Assembly (NCBI RefSeq): GCF_000020025.1
Contig: NC_010628.1
Coordinates: 3,510,001-3,542,000, forward strand
DNA: 32,000 nt
Direction of reading: 5' to 3'
Origin: Nostoc punctiforme PCC 73102
GTDB taxonomy: Bacteria > Cyanobacteriota > Cyanobacteriia > Cyanobacteriales > Nostocaceae
Shown here one piece after another: positions 6,348 to 15,033 of the stretch (its first letter is position 1; each line of letters opens with the position of its first letter). The notes beneath the pieces are model-generated. The model ran no database searches. It was not told where the DNA came from and saw only the letters and a program-made list of their open reading frames with translations. The translations under genes were made by a program, and so were the position numbers.

Positions 6348-6383
6348 GAGCCTAATGACTATAAAATTCTTAATTGCTCAAAA

Positions 6384-6614
6384 TTATTGTAAACCAGTCA
6401 GTTGTTTTCGTAGGTCTACTATTTGCTCTTCCATCTTGCTTAACCAATCATTAACAGTCTCTTTTACCTTCTGTGTTGAAAGCGTGGTAGCAGTATCTTC
6501 ATCGTCTCTTCTGGATCTTCTTCTCCCACCCTCTACAGTTCTCATTTCCCAATCGGTTAGTTCGGTGATGAGATTCACGTCATTATTAGGATGCAGGTTA
6601 GATATTACGATCAT
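6384..6614 (-). CDS. Double-glycine-leader peptide with a highly charged, helix-prone cargo (76 aa)
   Basis: The leader NLITELTDWEMRTVEGG fits the double-glycine consensus exactly in register (L-12, E-8, M-7, V-4, G-2, G-1). The cargo is RRRSRRDDEDTATTLSTQKVKETVNDWLSKMEEQIVDLRKQLTGLQ. It has its own terminator, and GAGG lies 15 nt upstream of the ATG. The overlapping plus-strand ORF 6355..6651 is judged spurious. Confidence 0.65.
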   Translation of the reverse strand: MIVISNLHPNNDVNLITELTDWEMRTVEGGRRRSRRDDEDTATTLSTQKVKETVNDWLSKMEEQIVDLRKQLTGLQ

Positions 6615-6823
6615 GACTATTGATGTACCTCACAAAATCCAGCGATATTAATTGATTTAGTCTGAGATAACATTAAGCTAAAAATCCAGACTACATCACT
6701 TGTATTTTGCAATAAAATCTTAGTCATTTAACTTTTTGGGGCTAATTTTCAAGACAAAAATAAAGGAGTTTCGTCTTTAAAAGAGATGATTTATATTTTG
6801 ATCTTGTTTGTCCTTCTAAATGG

Positions 6824-6851
6824 GTAGAGACGCGATTTCTCACGTCTCTAC
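6824..6851. repeat. Palindromic hairpin element GTAGAGACG-N10-CGTCTCTAC
   Basis: Perfect 9-bp inverted repeat (6824-6832 / 6843-6851), just downstream of the M16 gene stop on the minus strand, with no T tract. It resembles the small dispersed palindromic repeats I recall from Nostocales intergenic regions. Confidence 0.5.
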
Positions 6852-6875
6852 TTATCGTTACGATCGCAATTTGGA

Positions 6876-8393
6876 TTAATTCTTCGCCTGTGGCTGCGAA
6901 CCAGGAATCGTTACATCTATTGGTGTCACCTGCGCTGCTAGCTGCGTCAATGGTGGTTGAATGGCGGTTTGATTCCCCACCACTAGAGTCACGAGCTTTT
7001 CTGGCTTGAGGTATTCTCGTGCTACCCGTTGCACGTCAGCAGCTGTGGTGGCGGCGACGGCTTTTTGATAGCGAAAGAGAAAATCAGCCGGATAGCCGTA
7101 ATATTCGTATCGCATCAACCGTGATAAGGTTTGGCTGGGGTCTTGAAAGTTGAATACAAAGGAGTTGAGTGTAGATTCTTTGGCAAAAGCCAGTTCTTTT
7201 GCTGTCACTCTTTGAGTTTGAATGCGCTTGATTTCAGCTTGTAAGGCTTTGACAAACTGCACGGTAGCGTCCGATCGCGTTTGTCCACCAGCAATAAATA
7301 TGCCAGGATAATCGTAGCGGGGACTCCACTCGCCATAAACAGAGTAAGCTAAACCTTGGCGCGATCGCAATTCATTAAATAAGCGTCCACCAAATCCATT
7401 TAACACCCCATTCAAGACATCCAGCGCTGCATAATCGGGACTGTCAAACCGTCCGCCTAAATGGCCGAGAAGCACACTACTTTGGGTTAATTGCGGCTGA
7501 TTGACAAAAAAGACTCCACCTGTATTAGCTGGCGAAACCGATGGTAATTTCGGTTTAGCAATACCTGGGTTGCGATTCCAGTCGCCAAACTTAGCTTGAA
7601 CGAGCGATCGCATTTTCTTAGAGTCAAAATCCCCCACAATCCCCAAAATTATATTATTGGGGTGGAAATATTGCTGATAAAACTTCAGCAAATCCTCACG
7701 CTCAACCCGATCCACCGTTGCATACTCTATGGTGCGAGAGTATGGACTATCTTTGCCATAGATTAATTTTTTAAATTCTCGACTAGCAATCCCATCTGGA
7801 TTGTCATTGCGGCGGGCAATGCCACCCTTAGCTTGTGTCTTAGCCAAGTCTAGCTTTTCTTGAGCAAATGCTGGCGATCGCAGCACCTCGGCAAATAGCC
7901 CAAACACCGTTTCTAAATCTTCACTCAGGGCATCAAAGCTAGCACTACCAGAGCTTTCACCAATACTAGCTTCTACAGATGCCGCCCGCTGTTCCAATAT
8001 CTCGTTGAGTTCATCAGCCGAATGTTGCTTAGTTCCCCCAGTTCGCATTACCGCGCCTGTAAAACCAGCTAACCCAACTTTTTCCATTGGTTCCAGGCGA
8101 TTTCCTGTCCGCACAAACGCCGTCCCATTCACCAACGGCAACTCGTGATCCTCCATCAAATAGACAACCAAGCCATTTTGGAGAACAAACCGTTCATATT
8201 TCGGTATCTTAATCTCAGGTAGCGCTGGCAACTGCAACTCACTATAATGCTTTGCCTCAGTCGTCGCCGCCAGAGAAAAATTACAAGTTAAAAGTAAACA
8301 CGCAAAAACAGCAACTAAAGCATAAATTAACCCCTTCCCATTTTTGATTTTCAACGCCATCTGCCTTTTACCCTTCACCTTGTACCTCTTCAT
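6876..8393 (-). CDS. M16-family peptidase-like protein, non-catalytic type (no HxxEH), secreted
   Basis: 505-aa ORF (the start may be the internal M at MALKIKNGKG). N-terminal signal/TM LIYALVAVFACLLLTCNF. GFTGAVMRTGGT sits where the partner has HFLEHLAFKGT. It aligns with the partner along its length. Confidence 0.8.
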   Translation of the reverse strand: MKRYKVKGKRQMALKIKNGKGLIYALVAVFACLLLTCNFSLAATTEAKHYSELQLPALPEIKIPKYERFVLQNGLVVYLMEDHELPLVNGTAFVRTGNRLEPMEKVGLAGFTGAVMRTGGTKQHSADELNEILEQRAASVEASIGESSGSASFDALSEDLETVFGLFAEVLRSPAFAQEKLDLAKTQAKGGIARRNDNPDGIASREFKKLIYGKDSPYSRTIEYATVDRVEREDLLKFYQQYFHPNNIILGIVGDFDSKKMRSLVQAKFGDWNRNPGIAKPKLPSVSPANTGGVFFVNQPQLTQSSVLLGHLGGRFDSPDYAALDVLNGVLNGFGGRLFNELRSRQGLAYSVYGEWSPRYDYPGIFIAGGQTRSDATVQFVKALQAEIKRIQTQRVTAKELAFAKESTLNSFVFNFQDPSQTLSRLMRYEYYGYPADFLFRYQKAVAATTAADVQRVAREYLKPEKLVTLVVGNQTAIQPPLTQLAAQVTPIDVTIPGSQPQAKN

Positions 8394-8436
8394 ATCTCTC
8401 TACCTTTGCGCCCTCAGCGCCTCTGCGGTTCGTTTT

Positions 8437-10041
8437 TCATCCTTCTTTCGACAACAACTTACCAATCGTGCGATTTCCTGGCGTAAACGTCTCCTTCGCC
8501 ACTCGCTGAATATCAGCCGTCGTTACCGCCGAAATATCATCCAACTGCTTAAACAAATTCCGCCAAGAGCCAGTTTTCACCTCATATTCCAACAATTGTT
8601 GAGCCATCCCCATATTTGAATCGAGAGTACGTAACAAACCCGCCCGTGCTTGGGTTTTCACCCGTTCCAAATCAATCGCCGCGACAGGCTCAGTTTTTAA
8701 TTTGTCAATTTCTTGGCGCAAAGCCACCGCCAACTCATCAACTGTATGACCAGGAGCCGTGAGAGCATAGAATAACATCAGGTTTGGGTACTTATCTCCA
8801 GGAAAACCGCTAAAACCTTGGGCATTTAGCGCCAAACGCTGTTTTTCTACCAAAGACTTATACAAGCGCGACGTGCGCCCATCACTTAATAAACTACCAA
8901 TGATTTCATAGGTTGCATTATCTGGATGGGTAACTGCTGGGCGATGATAACCTTCTAAATACCAGGGTTGAGAAGGTAGTTGTAAAGTAACTTCTTGTGT
9001 TTGTTTTTGTGGCGGTTCCACGGGGATTTGTTCAACAGCTTTGGTTTTTGCTTTATAGCGGCCAAAATAAGTTTGCGCCAGTTTTTTCACTTCAGCCGGG
9101 TTAACATCTCCAACAATAGCGATCGCTAAATTACTTGGTACGTAGTGAGTATCAAAGAAATTTTGGACATCATCTGGTGTCAGATTGCGGATATCTTGGT
9201 CATAACCAATTACCGGACGCTTGTAAGGATGGACTTTATAAGCAGTATCGATAAACTTTTCCACCATTTGTCCAATCGGTGAATTCTCTACCCGCAGCCG
9301 TCGTTCTTCTAAAATGACATCTTTCTCTTTATAAAACTCACGACGAATTACCGGATCGAGAAACCGTTCCGACTCCAGCGACATCCACAGTTCCAGCTTA
9401 TTGGCAGGAAAACTGTAAAAATAACGGGTAGCTTCGGTTGAAGTATTGGCATTTAAACCCACACCTCCCGCTTGTTCCACAATTTGTCCCAATTCGTTTT
9501 GCTTGACAAGCTTACCTGCTTGTGATTCTACTTGCTTGAACTCAGTTTCTAATTGAGCAACCTCGTCTTTTTTGCCATCGGCTTTCGCTGCTTTAATTTG
9601 AGTATCTAACTGCTGCAATCTCTCTAGTAGAGGTTTTTCTGCTTTGTAGTCTTGCGTACCAATGCGCGTTGTACCTTTAAACGCCAAATGTTCTAGAAAG
9701 TGAGCTACACCGGTTTTACCATCTGGCTCATCCACACCTCCAACATTTGCATAAGTCAGGAAGGAAACCACAGGCGCTTGATGCCGTTCTAAGACAAGGA
9801 ATTTTAGACCATTGTCGAGGCGAAACTCCGTTAACTGTTTAATAACTCGATCCAGATAAGGTTGGATCGAATTTTGAACTGGTGGAGTTTGAGTTTTGGT
9901 TTCTTGAGGAGGTGCAACTTGAGTTTGAGCCAGAGCAATTTCTGGTAGCAATCCCCACCAGAAAACGATCAAAGCCAACAAAGTGACAAACAACCGCCGT
10001 AATAAATCCAAAATTGACCGACTGATCTGGTTCATAAGCAA
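8437..10041 (-). CDS. M16-family zinc peptidase (pitrilysin-like), catalytic type, secreted
   Basis: 534 aa. Inverted zinc motif HFLEHLAFKGT, downstream VILEERR glutamates, and an N-terminal hydrophobic signal/anchor LFVTLLALIVFWWGLL. Confidence 0.85.
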   Translation of the reverse strand: MLMNQISRSILDLLRRLFVTLLALIVFWWGLLPEIALAQTQVAPPQETKTQTPPVQNSIQPYLDRVIKQLTEFRLDNGLKFLVLERHQAPVVSFLTYANVGGVDEPDGKTGVAHFLEHLAFKGTTRIGTQDYKAEKPLLERLQQLDTQIKAAKADGKKDEVAQLETEFKQVESQAGKLVKQNELGQIVEQAGGVGLNANTSTEATRYFYSFPANKLELWMSLESERFLDPVIRREFYKEKDVILEERRLRVENSPIGQMVEKFIDTAYKVHPYKRPVIGYDQDIRNLTPDDVQNFFDTHYVPSNLAIAIVGDVNPAEVKKLAQTYFGRYKAKTKAVEQIPVEPPQKQTQEVTLQLPSQPWYLEGYHRPAVTHPDNATYEIIGSLLSDGRTSRLYKSLVEKQRLALNAQGFSGFPGDKYPNLMLFYALTAPGHTVDELAVALRQEIDKLKTEPVAAIDLERVKTQARAGLLRTLDSNMGMAQQLLEYEVKTGSWRNLFKQLDDISAVTTADIQRVAKETFTPGNRTIGKLLSKEG

Positions 10042-10184
10042 AAATTAAGATAAAGTTACACTACCTGAGAAACAGGATACTTAGCAAAAGGACGTTAATG
10101 TTGTATTAAGCTTGTTGAGCTTTTTTACTTGACGTTAGACAATAATGCTACAAATCGTGTTCCGCACATTTCACCATAACTGTT

Positions 10185-10799
10185 ATGCGAGTTTTTAATT
10201 CTTCCCCACCCTCAGAGGCTCAGACGCGCACCCGAATTTTACAGGCAGCACAACGGTTGTTCGCCTCTCAAGGATTTGATGGCACTACCACCCGTGATTT
10301 AGCGCAGGCGGCAGGTGTAGCTGAAGGCACTTTATTTCGTCATTTTCCCAATAAAAAAGCAATTTTAGTAGAAGTAGCCACGAGTGGCTGGGTAGAAATT
10401 TTAACAGATTTGCTAACAGAATTAAGTGAAATGGGCAGCTATAAAGCTGTAGCTCAAGTGATGCGTCGCCGGATGTGGAACTTTCAAAAAAATGCCGATT
10501 TGATGCGCGTTTGTTTTATGGAGGTGCAATTTCATCCTGATTTGCGCGATCGCATTCAATTAGAAGTCATTACTAAAATGACCGATGTCGGCGAAGCATT
10601 CTTCCAAACAGCAATGGATAAAGGCATTTATCGCAAAATGGACGCAAAGCTAGTTGCGAAAGTTTTCTTGGGAATGTTTGCGATCGCAGGTTTTTCTAAC
10701 AACACCCTCATCGAACCTGACGCTTCCCCCCAACAAATGCAGGAAATGGCTGAAGGACTCGCTGATATCTTCCTTAATGGTGTTTTAGCTAAGGATTAG
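10185..10799 (+). CDS. TetR/AcrR-family transcriptional regulator
   Basis: N-terminal HTH TRTRILQAAQRLFASQGFDGTTTRDLAQAAGVAEGTLFRHFPNKKAIL. Divergent from the M16 pair. Confidence 0.85.
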   Translation: MRVFNSSPPSEAQTRTRILQAAQRLFASQGFDGTTTRDLAQAAGVAEGTLFRHFPNKKAILVEVATSGWVEILTDLLTELSEMGSYKAVAQVMRRRMWNFQKNADLMRVCFMEVQFHPDLRDRIQLEVITKMTDVGEAFFQTAMDKGIYRKMDAKLVAKVFLGMFAIAGFSNNTLIEPDASPQQMQEMAEGLADIFLNGVLAKD

Positions 10800-10801
10800 G
10801 G

Positions 10802-10866
10802 ACTGGGTACTAGGTACTGGGTACTGGGTAGTTTCCTCAATCCCCAATCCCCAATCTCCAATCACC
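10802..10866. repeat. Two blocks of heptameric STRR-type tandem repeats between convergent genes
   Basis: ACTGGGT/ACTAGGT x4 (10802-10829) and CAATCCC/CAATCTC/CAATCAC x4 (10838-10865). Confidence 0.85.
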
Positions 10867-11299
10867 TAATTGCTTGCGCTTGCTGACTCCACTGTTGTAC
10901 TAGCTCAATTGCTGGACACAAGTCTCGTCGCTGCATTGTTGCTACTTGCAAGCGCATAATTTGTTGGTGCAATCGGTGAGTGGGAGTCTGTGCCAACTGT
11001 GCCACGGAACCAATACCTGCATGGAGCAATAAACCACAATATTGTATGCCTACACTAGGAATACGCGCCAAATCAGCTAAAGCTATCCATTTATTTACAT
11101 ACTGAAGATGAATCTGTAATTTATTTGCTAACGCCAGCCGTGCCTCTAGAGTCTTTCCTTGTTTGACTAGCGCTACTGTGGTATCAATCCCACAATTTTG
11201 CAGTTGTGATTGTTCGTCGTGGCTTAGTCCAGGTAATTGCTCGATTGGCCAGTCACGAGATGCGAGCAGATTTCGATTATTTGTATTTTTAGTAGACAT
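10862..11299 (-). CDS. DUF4332-like (helix-hairpin-helix) protein
   Basis: The ORF track extends to 11467, but the extra N-terminus is simply the 21-bp tandem repeat read in frame. The start at M57 (11299, MSTKNTNNRN...) is preferred. HhH-like motifs: LPGLSHDEQSQLQNCGIDT and IPSVGIQYCGLLLHAGIGSVAQLAQ. Confidence 0.6.
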   Translation of the reverse strand: MSTKNTNNRNLLASRDWPIEQLPGLSHDEQSQLQNCGIDTTVALVKQGKTLEARLALANKLQIHLQYVNKWIALADLARIPSVGIQYCGLLLHAGIGSVAQLAQTPTHRLHQQIMRLQVATMQRRDLCPAIELVQQWSQQAQAIR

Positions 11300-11315
11300 T
11301 TTAAAACTAAATATT

Positions 11316-11478
11316 GCCATTGCATCGACTGACAATGTGATTGCATCAACTAACAATGCCATTGCATCGCCTGACAATGTGATTGTTTTGACTGGCAATG
11401 CCATTGCATCGCCTGATAATGCGATTGTATCGCCTGACAATGCCATTGTATCGCCTGACAATGCCATTGTTTTGGCTA
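11316..11478. repeat. 21-bp tandem repeat, about 7.7 copies (consensus GCCATTGCATCGCCTGACAAT)
   Basis: Units start at 11316, 11337, 11358, 11379, 11400, 11421 and 11442, with a partial unit at 11463. The region is open in several frames on both strands; three track ORFs cross it. Confidence 0.9.
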
Positions 11479-11512
11479 GGAGGGGTCAGAATTCCCTTCT
11501 GAACAAAACCTC

Positions 11513-11540
11513 CTGCCACCTGCCTTCTGCCACCTGCCTC
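11513..11540. repeat. Heptamer repeat CTGCCNN x4
   Basis: CTGCCAC CTGCCTT CTGCCAC CTGCCTC, immediately downstream (minus strand) of the PhzF-like stop codon. Confidence 0.8.
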
Positions 11541-11542
11541 CT

Positions 11543-12352
11543 TCAAATGGTAAATAACTCACCTCGCAAAACAGTTACCGCTTGTCCGGCGATAAAAACG
11601 CGATCGCCTCCGGTATAGCGTACTTTTACCACTCCACCGCGACGGGATGCTTGATAAGCCAATAACTCATCTTTGTGTAAGCGATCGCGCCAGAAGGGAG
11701 CAAGACAGCAATGGGTAGCGCCAGTTACAGGGTCTTCATCAATTCCTAAACCCGGTGCAAATAAACGAGAGACGAAATCATATTCAGAATCAGAGTCGGT
11801 AAGGCTGGTGACAATGATCTCAGAAATAGGCAAAGTTTTTAATATTTGAAAATTTGGCTGTACTTGCCGTACCAAATCTTCAGATTCCAATTCCACTAAA
11901 TAGCCAAAAGAATTTAAGAAAACAGATTTGTAAGGTACACCCAAAGCTTGCTTGAGTTCTCGTGGAGCGACTGTTTCTTGTGAGTGATTCACAGGAAAAT
12001 CTAACTCAATCCACTCACCTTGCAATTTAGCAATCAGCACTCCGCTTTTGGTGTAGAACCGTGCAACTTCATTCTCCGACAAATGCCCCTCTGACCAAAG
12101 TACATGGGCACTAGCTAAGGTTGCATGACCACAAAGAGGCACTTCTATCGTCGGCGTAAACCAACGCAAATTGAAGCCATCATCCTGTTTAACTAAAAAA
12201 GCCGTCTCAGATAAATTCATCTCCTGTGCCACATTCTGCATCCAGCGTTCATTTTGGCGAGTAGGCAAAACACAGACAGCAGCAGGATTTCCTGCAAAAG
12301 GTCTATTGGTAAAAGCATCAACCTGGGTAATGATTTGTCCCATTAGAGTCAC
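11543..12352 (-). CDS. PhzF-family (phenazine biosynthesis-like) isomerase
   Basis: 269 aa. N-terminus QVDAFTNRPFAGNPAAVCVL, with NLSETAFL and the GHATLA active-site region typical of the PhzF/YddE family. Confidence 0.8.
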   Translation of the reverse strand: MTLMGQIITQVDAFTNRPFAGNPAAVCVLPTRQNERWMQNVAQEMNLSETAFLVKQDDGFNLRWFTPTIEVPLCGHATLASAHVLWSEGHLSENEVARFYTKSGVLIAKLQGEWIELDFPVNHSQETVAPRELKQALGVPYKSVFLNSFGYLVELESEDLVRQVQPNFQILKTLPISEIIVTSLTDSDSEYDFVSRLFAPGLGIDEDPVTGATHCCLAPFWRDRLHKDELLAYQASRRGGVVKVRYTGGDRVFIAGQAVTVLRGELFTI

Positions 12353-12701
12353 CCTAAAAATTAGACAGCAATATACTTATCAGGAGTGTGTTAGAGATTT
12401 ATGCCGATAGTTAACATTATTTCTAAGCCCATTTCTACGCGCCCATAACACACTAAAGTTCAGTTAAGCATTTATTGTTTCTCTACGCCTCTGTGCCCCT
12501 TTTCCACTTGTTGACAAAAAGTTATAGCTTTAACCCAAGCGTATTAGTCTATAGAAGTTTTCGATGTGGAATACAGCCACTGGTTCGTAAGGGCGCACAG
12601 CCATGCTGTTACATCAAAATGGAAACCGCCATATACAGTACCTTATAAATTAGGAATACAATCTCCACAAACTAGGGTAAATGTTCAAGCAAAACGGAAA
12701 T

Positions 12702-12929
12702 ATGAGGATAAAAATCTTCAGAAGCATCTTTGCTGCTGTCAACTTAGCGCTAATTTCTGGAGGATTAGTTAGCTGTGTTGTTGAGGTACCACAACCATCT
12801 GCTCCAACTGAGCAACAAAAACCAGTCATAGAACCTATCCAACAACCTAAGCAGAAAGACAAAGATGATGATGACAAACATAGCGATCGCAAAGATGATA
12901 AACACGACGATAAAGACGATAACGATTAA
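12702..12929 (+). CDS. Small putative lipoprotein with a poly-acidic/basic tail
   Basis: Start at the internal ATG 12702 (MRIKIFRSIFAAVNLALISGGLVSC). LVSC is a lipobox-like motif. The tail is KDKDDDDKHSDRKDDKHDDKDDND. The opposite-strand ORF 12650..12892 is judged spurious. Confidence 0.5.
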   Translation: MRIKIFRSIFAAVNLALISGGLVSCVVEVPQPSAPTEQQKPVIEPIQQPKQKDKDDDDKHSDRKDDKHDDKDDND

Positions 12930-12963
12930 ATAAAGGCAAAACTATAACCTTGGGTTTCCATTT

Positions 12964-14346
12964 ATGCTTATCCCACAAACTTCTACTTCCCTCGCCGATT
13001 GTTTACGCCTGCGACGGCAAAAATTAGCAAACCTCATTAAGTTTCCCGTAATTCTGTGGTCAGGTACCAACAGTCCCCGCAACTTTCCAGCAAATCCTTT
13101 TCCGTTTCGCGCTAACAGTCATTTCCTCTATTTTGCCGGACTACCATTACCAAATGCGGCAATTCGTTTAGAAGGGGGCAAGCTAGAACTATTCATGGAC
13201 GATCCATCACCTAGCAGCACTCTTTGGCATGGAGAAATGCCAACGCGCAATGAAATAGCCCAGAAGATTGGGGCAGATGTGGCTCGACCAATGACAGAAT
13301 TAGAGTCTTGGATAGAAGATGCTGTCACACTTGCTGTACAAGATGCAGCCACATGGACGCAACAATCGCAGCTATTAAATAGATGGGTTTTACCCCAAAG
13401 TCCTCCCCAAGGAATTGACTTAGATTTAGCTAAAGCGATCGCTTCTATCCGCCTCACTCACGATGAAGCTGCATTAACCGAGTTGCGAAAAGCTGCTGCT
13501 GTCACTGTTGAAGCACACAAAGTTGGGATGGCAGCAACACCTCAAGCCAAACTAGAAGCAGAAGTTCGCGCAGCGATGGAAGGGGTAATTATTGCCCACA
13601 ATATGACCACCTCTTACAACAGTATTGTCACCGTTCACGGCGAAGTTTTGCATAACGAACACTATCACCACCCCTTGCAACCAGGTGATTTACTACTTGC
13701 CGATGTTGGCGCTGAAACTGAGATGGGTTGGGCAGGTGATGTCACTCGCACATGGCCAGTTTCCGGCAAGTTTTCATCTACCCAGCGAGATATTTATAAT
13801 GTGGTATTGGCGGCTCATGATGCTTGCATTGCCAAAATACAGCCTGGTGTAGAGTATGAGGATATTCATCTATTAGCTGCCACGGTTATAGCTGAAGGTT
13901 TAGTAGAGTTAGGCATTTTCCAAGGAAATCCCCAATATTTGGTAGAGATGGATGCCCACGCGCTGTTTTTCCCTCATGGTATCGGTCATCTACTGGGTTT
14001 AGATGTCCATGATATGGAAGATTTGGGAGATTTAGCAGGGTATGAAGAAGGACGGAAAAGGAGCGATCGCTTTGGCTTAAGCTACCTCCGCTTAAATCGT
14101 CCCCTACGTCCAGGAATGTTGGTAACAATTGAACCTGGTTTTTATCAAGTACCAGCAATTTTAAATGATGCCAATGTTCGCTCAAAATATCAGAATGTGG
14201 TGAACTGGCAACGTTTATCTGAATTTGCCGATGTGCGCGGAATCCGCCTAGAAGATGATGTTCTAGTTACCGCAGAAGGTAGCGAAGTTTTAACAGCCGC
14301 ATTACCGAATGATGCCGATACTATAGAAAATTTAGTAGGTCGTTAA
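12964..14346 (+). CDS. pepP: Xaa-Pro aminopeptidase (M24B family)
   Basis: 460 aa. M24 metal-ligand blocks LLADVGAE, HGIGHLLGLDVHD, GMLVTIEPGFY and GIRLEDDVLVT. Confidence 0.85.
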   Translation: MLIPQTSTSLADCLRLRRQKLANLIKFPVILWSGTNSPRNFPANPFPFRANSHFLYFAGLPLPNAAIRLEGGKLELFMDDPSPSSTLWHGEMPTRNEIAQKIGADVARPMTELESWIEDAVTLAVQDAATWTQQSQLLNRWVLPQSPPQGIDLDLAKAIASIRLTHDEAALTELRKAAAVTVEAHKVGMAATPQAKLEAEVRAAMEGVIIAHNMTTSYNSIVTVHGEVLHNEHYHHPLQPGDLLLADVGAETEMGWAGDVTRTWPVSGKFSSTQRDIYNVVLAAHDACIAKIQPGVEYEDIHLLAATVIAEGLVELGIFQGNPQYLVEMDAHALFFPHGIGHLLGLDVHDMEDLGDLAGYEEGRKRSDRFGLSYLRLNRPLRPGMLVTIEPGFYQVPAILNDANVRSKYQNVVNWQRLSEFADVRGIRLEDDVLVTAEGSEVLTAALPNDADTIENLVGR

Positions 14347-14541
14347 CCTAGCCTTTAAAAGTGGTAAAAATTTTGGTTAATAACTCTTTACTCTGTGTCC
14401 TCTGCGCCTCTGTGGTTCATAAAATTATAAACCGCAGAGTCACAGAGAGCGCTAAGAAAAAATAAGAGATTTTACGAGTCACCTTGAAAGGGCTAGCCGC
14501 TAATCTGTCCATAATGCTTTGTTAAGTCAGGATGTTACCTA

Positions 14542-15033
14542 ATGATAAAAAACCCTATAGGATTACTACTCAACGGATTTATTGTCAGCTTCGGACTATT
14601 GCCATTATTAGCTCAAGCACAGCAGCCAGTACCGGTTTCTGATGCCCAAGTTGCAGCAATGGTAGAAGCATTGCGACAGGCTGCACCGCAAACAAAAAAT
14701 CCCAATGATGGATATTACAGCGAATGGCAAGTGAAACCAGAAACCCTCAAAGGCTGGTCAAGAACTTGTCTCAAACGAGAATTAACACCGACACAGTTTG
14801 AAAACAATCCTGCGATCGCTCGCCAAGTTGTCTCTTGCATTACCCGCCGTGAGTTAAGCAATCAGTTCCGCGCCACCAACAATAATGAAATTGCATCTGT
14901 GCGTGGCGCAGCTTGTTGGTGGATGACTGGTAGCTATACAGGTTGCAACAAAGGTTTCACTGCTGAGTATGTGCAAAAAGTTGTCCGTTTTTACCAACAA
15001 CAGCGTTCAAAACCGACAGCAACTCAATCATAA
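14542..15033 (+). CDS. Secreted hypothetical protein (signal peptide, 4 Cys)
   Basis: 163 aa. N-terminal signal LLLNGFIVSFGLLPLLAQAQ. No recognisable catalytic motif. Confidence 0.6.
   Translation: MIKNPIGLLLNGFIVSFGLLPLLAQAQQPVPVSDAQVAAMVEALRQAAPQTKNPNDGYYSEWQVKPETLKGWSRTCLKRELTPTQFENNPAIARQVVSCITRRELSNQFRATNNNEIASVRGAACWWMTGSYTGCNKGFTAEYVQKVVRFYQQQRSKPTATQS

Noticed and set aside
6355-6651. 98-aa plus-strand ORF overlapping the 76-aa minus-strand ORF.
   Set aside because: It is a low-complexity Ser/Leu/Val-rich translation with no start context. The minus-strand frame has a perfect double-glycine leader register, an upstream GAGG, and a downstream terminator.
11300-11467. N-terminal extension of the DUF4332 ORF (MALSGDTMALSGDT...), and the ORFs 11163..11618 (+) and 11346..11546 (-).
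   Set aside because: All of them are translations of the 21-bp tandem repeat, which is open in several frames. I treat them as repeat artefacts unless proteomics shows otherwise (see the finding).
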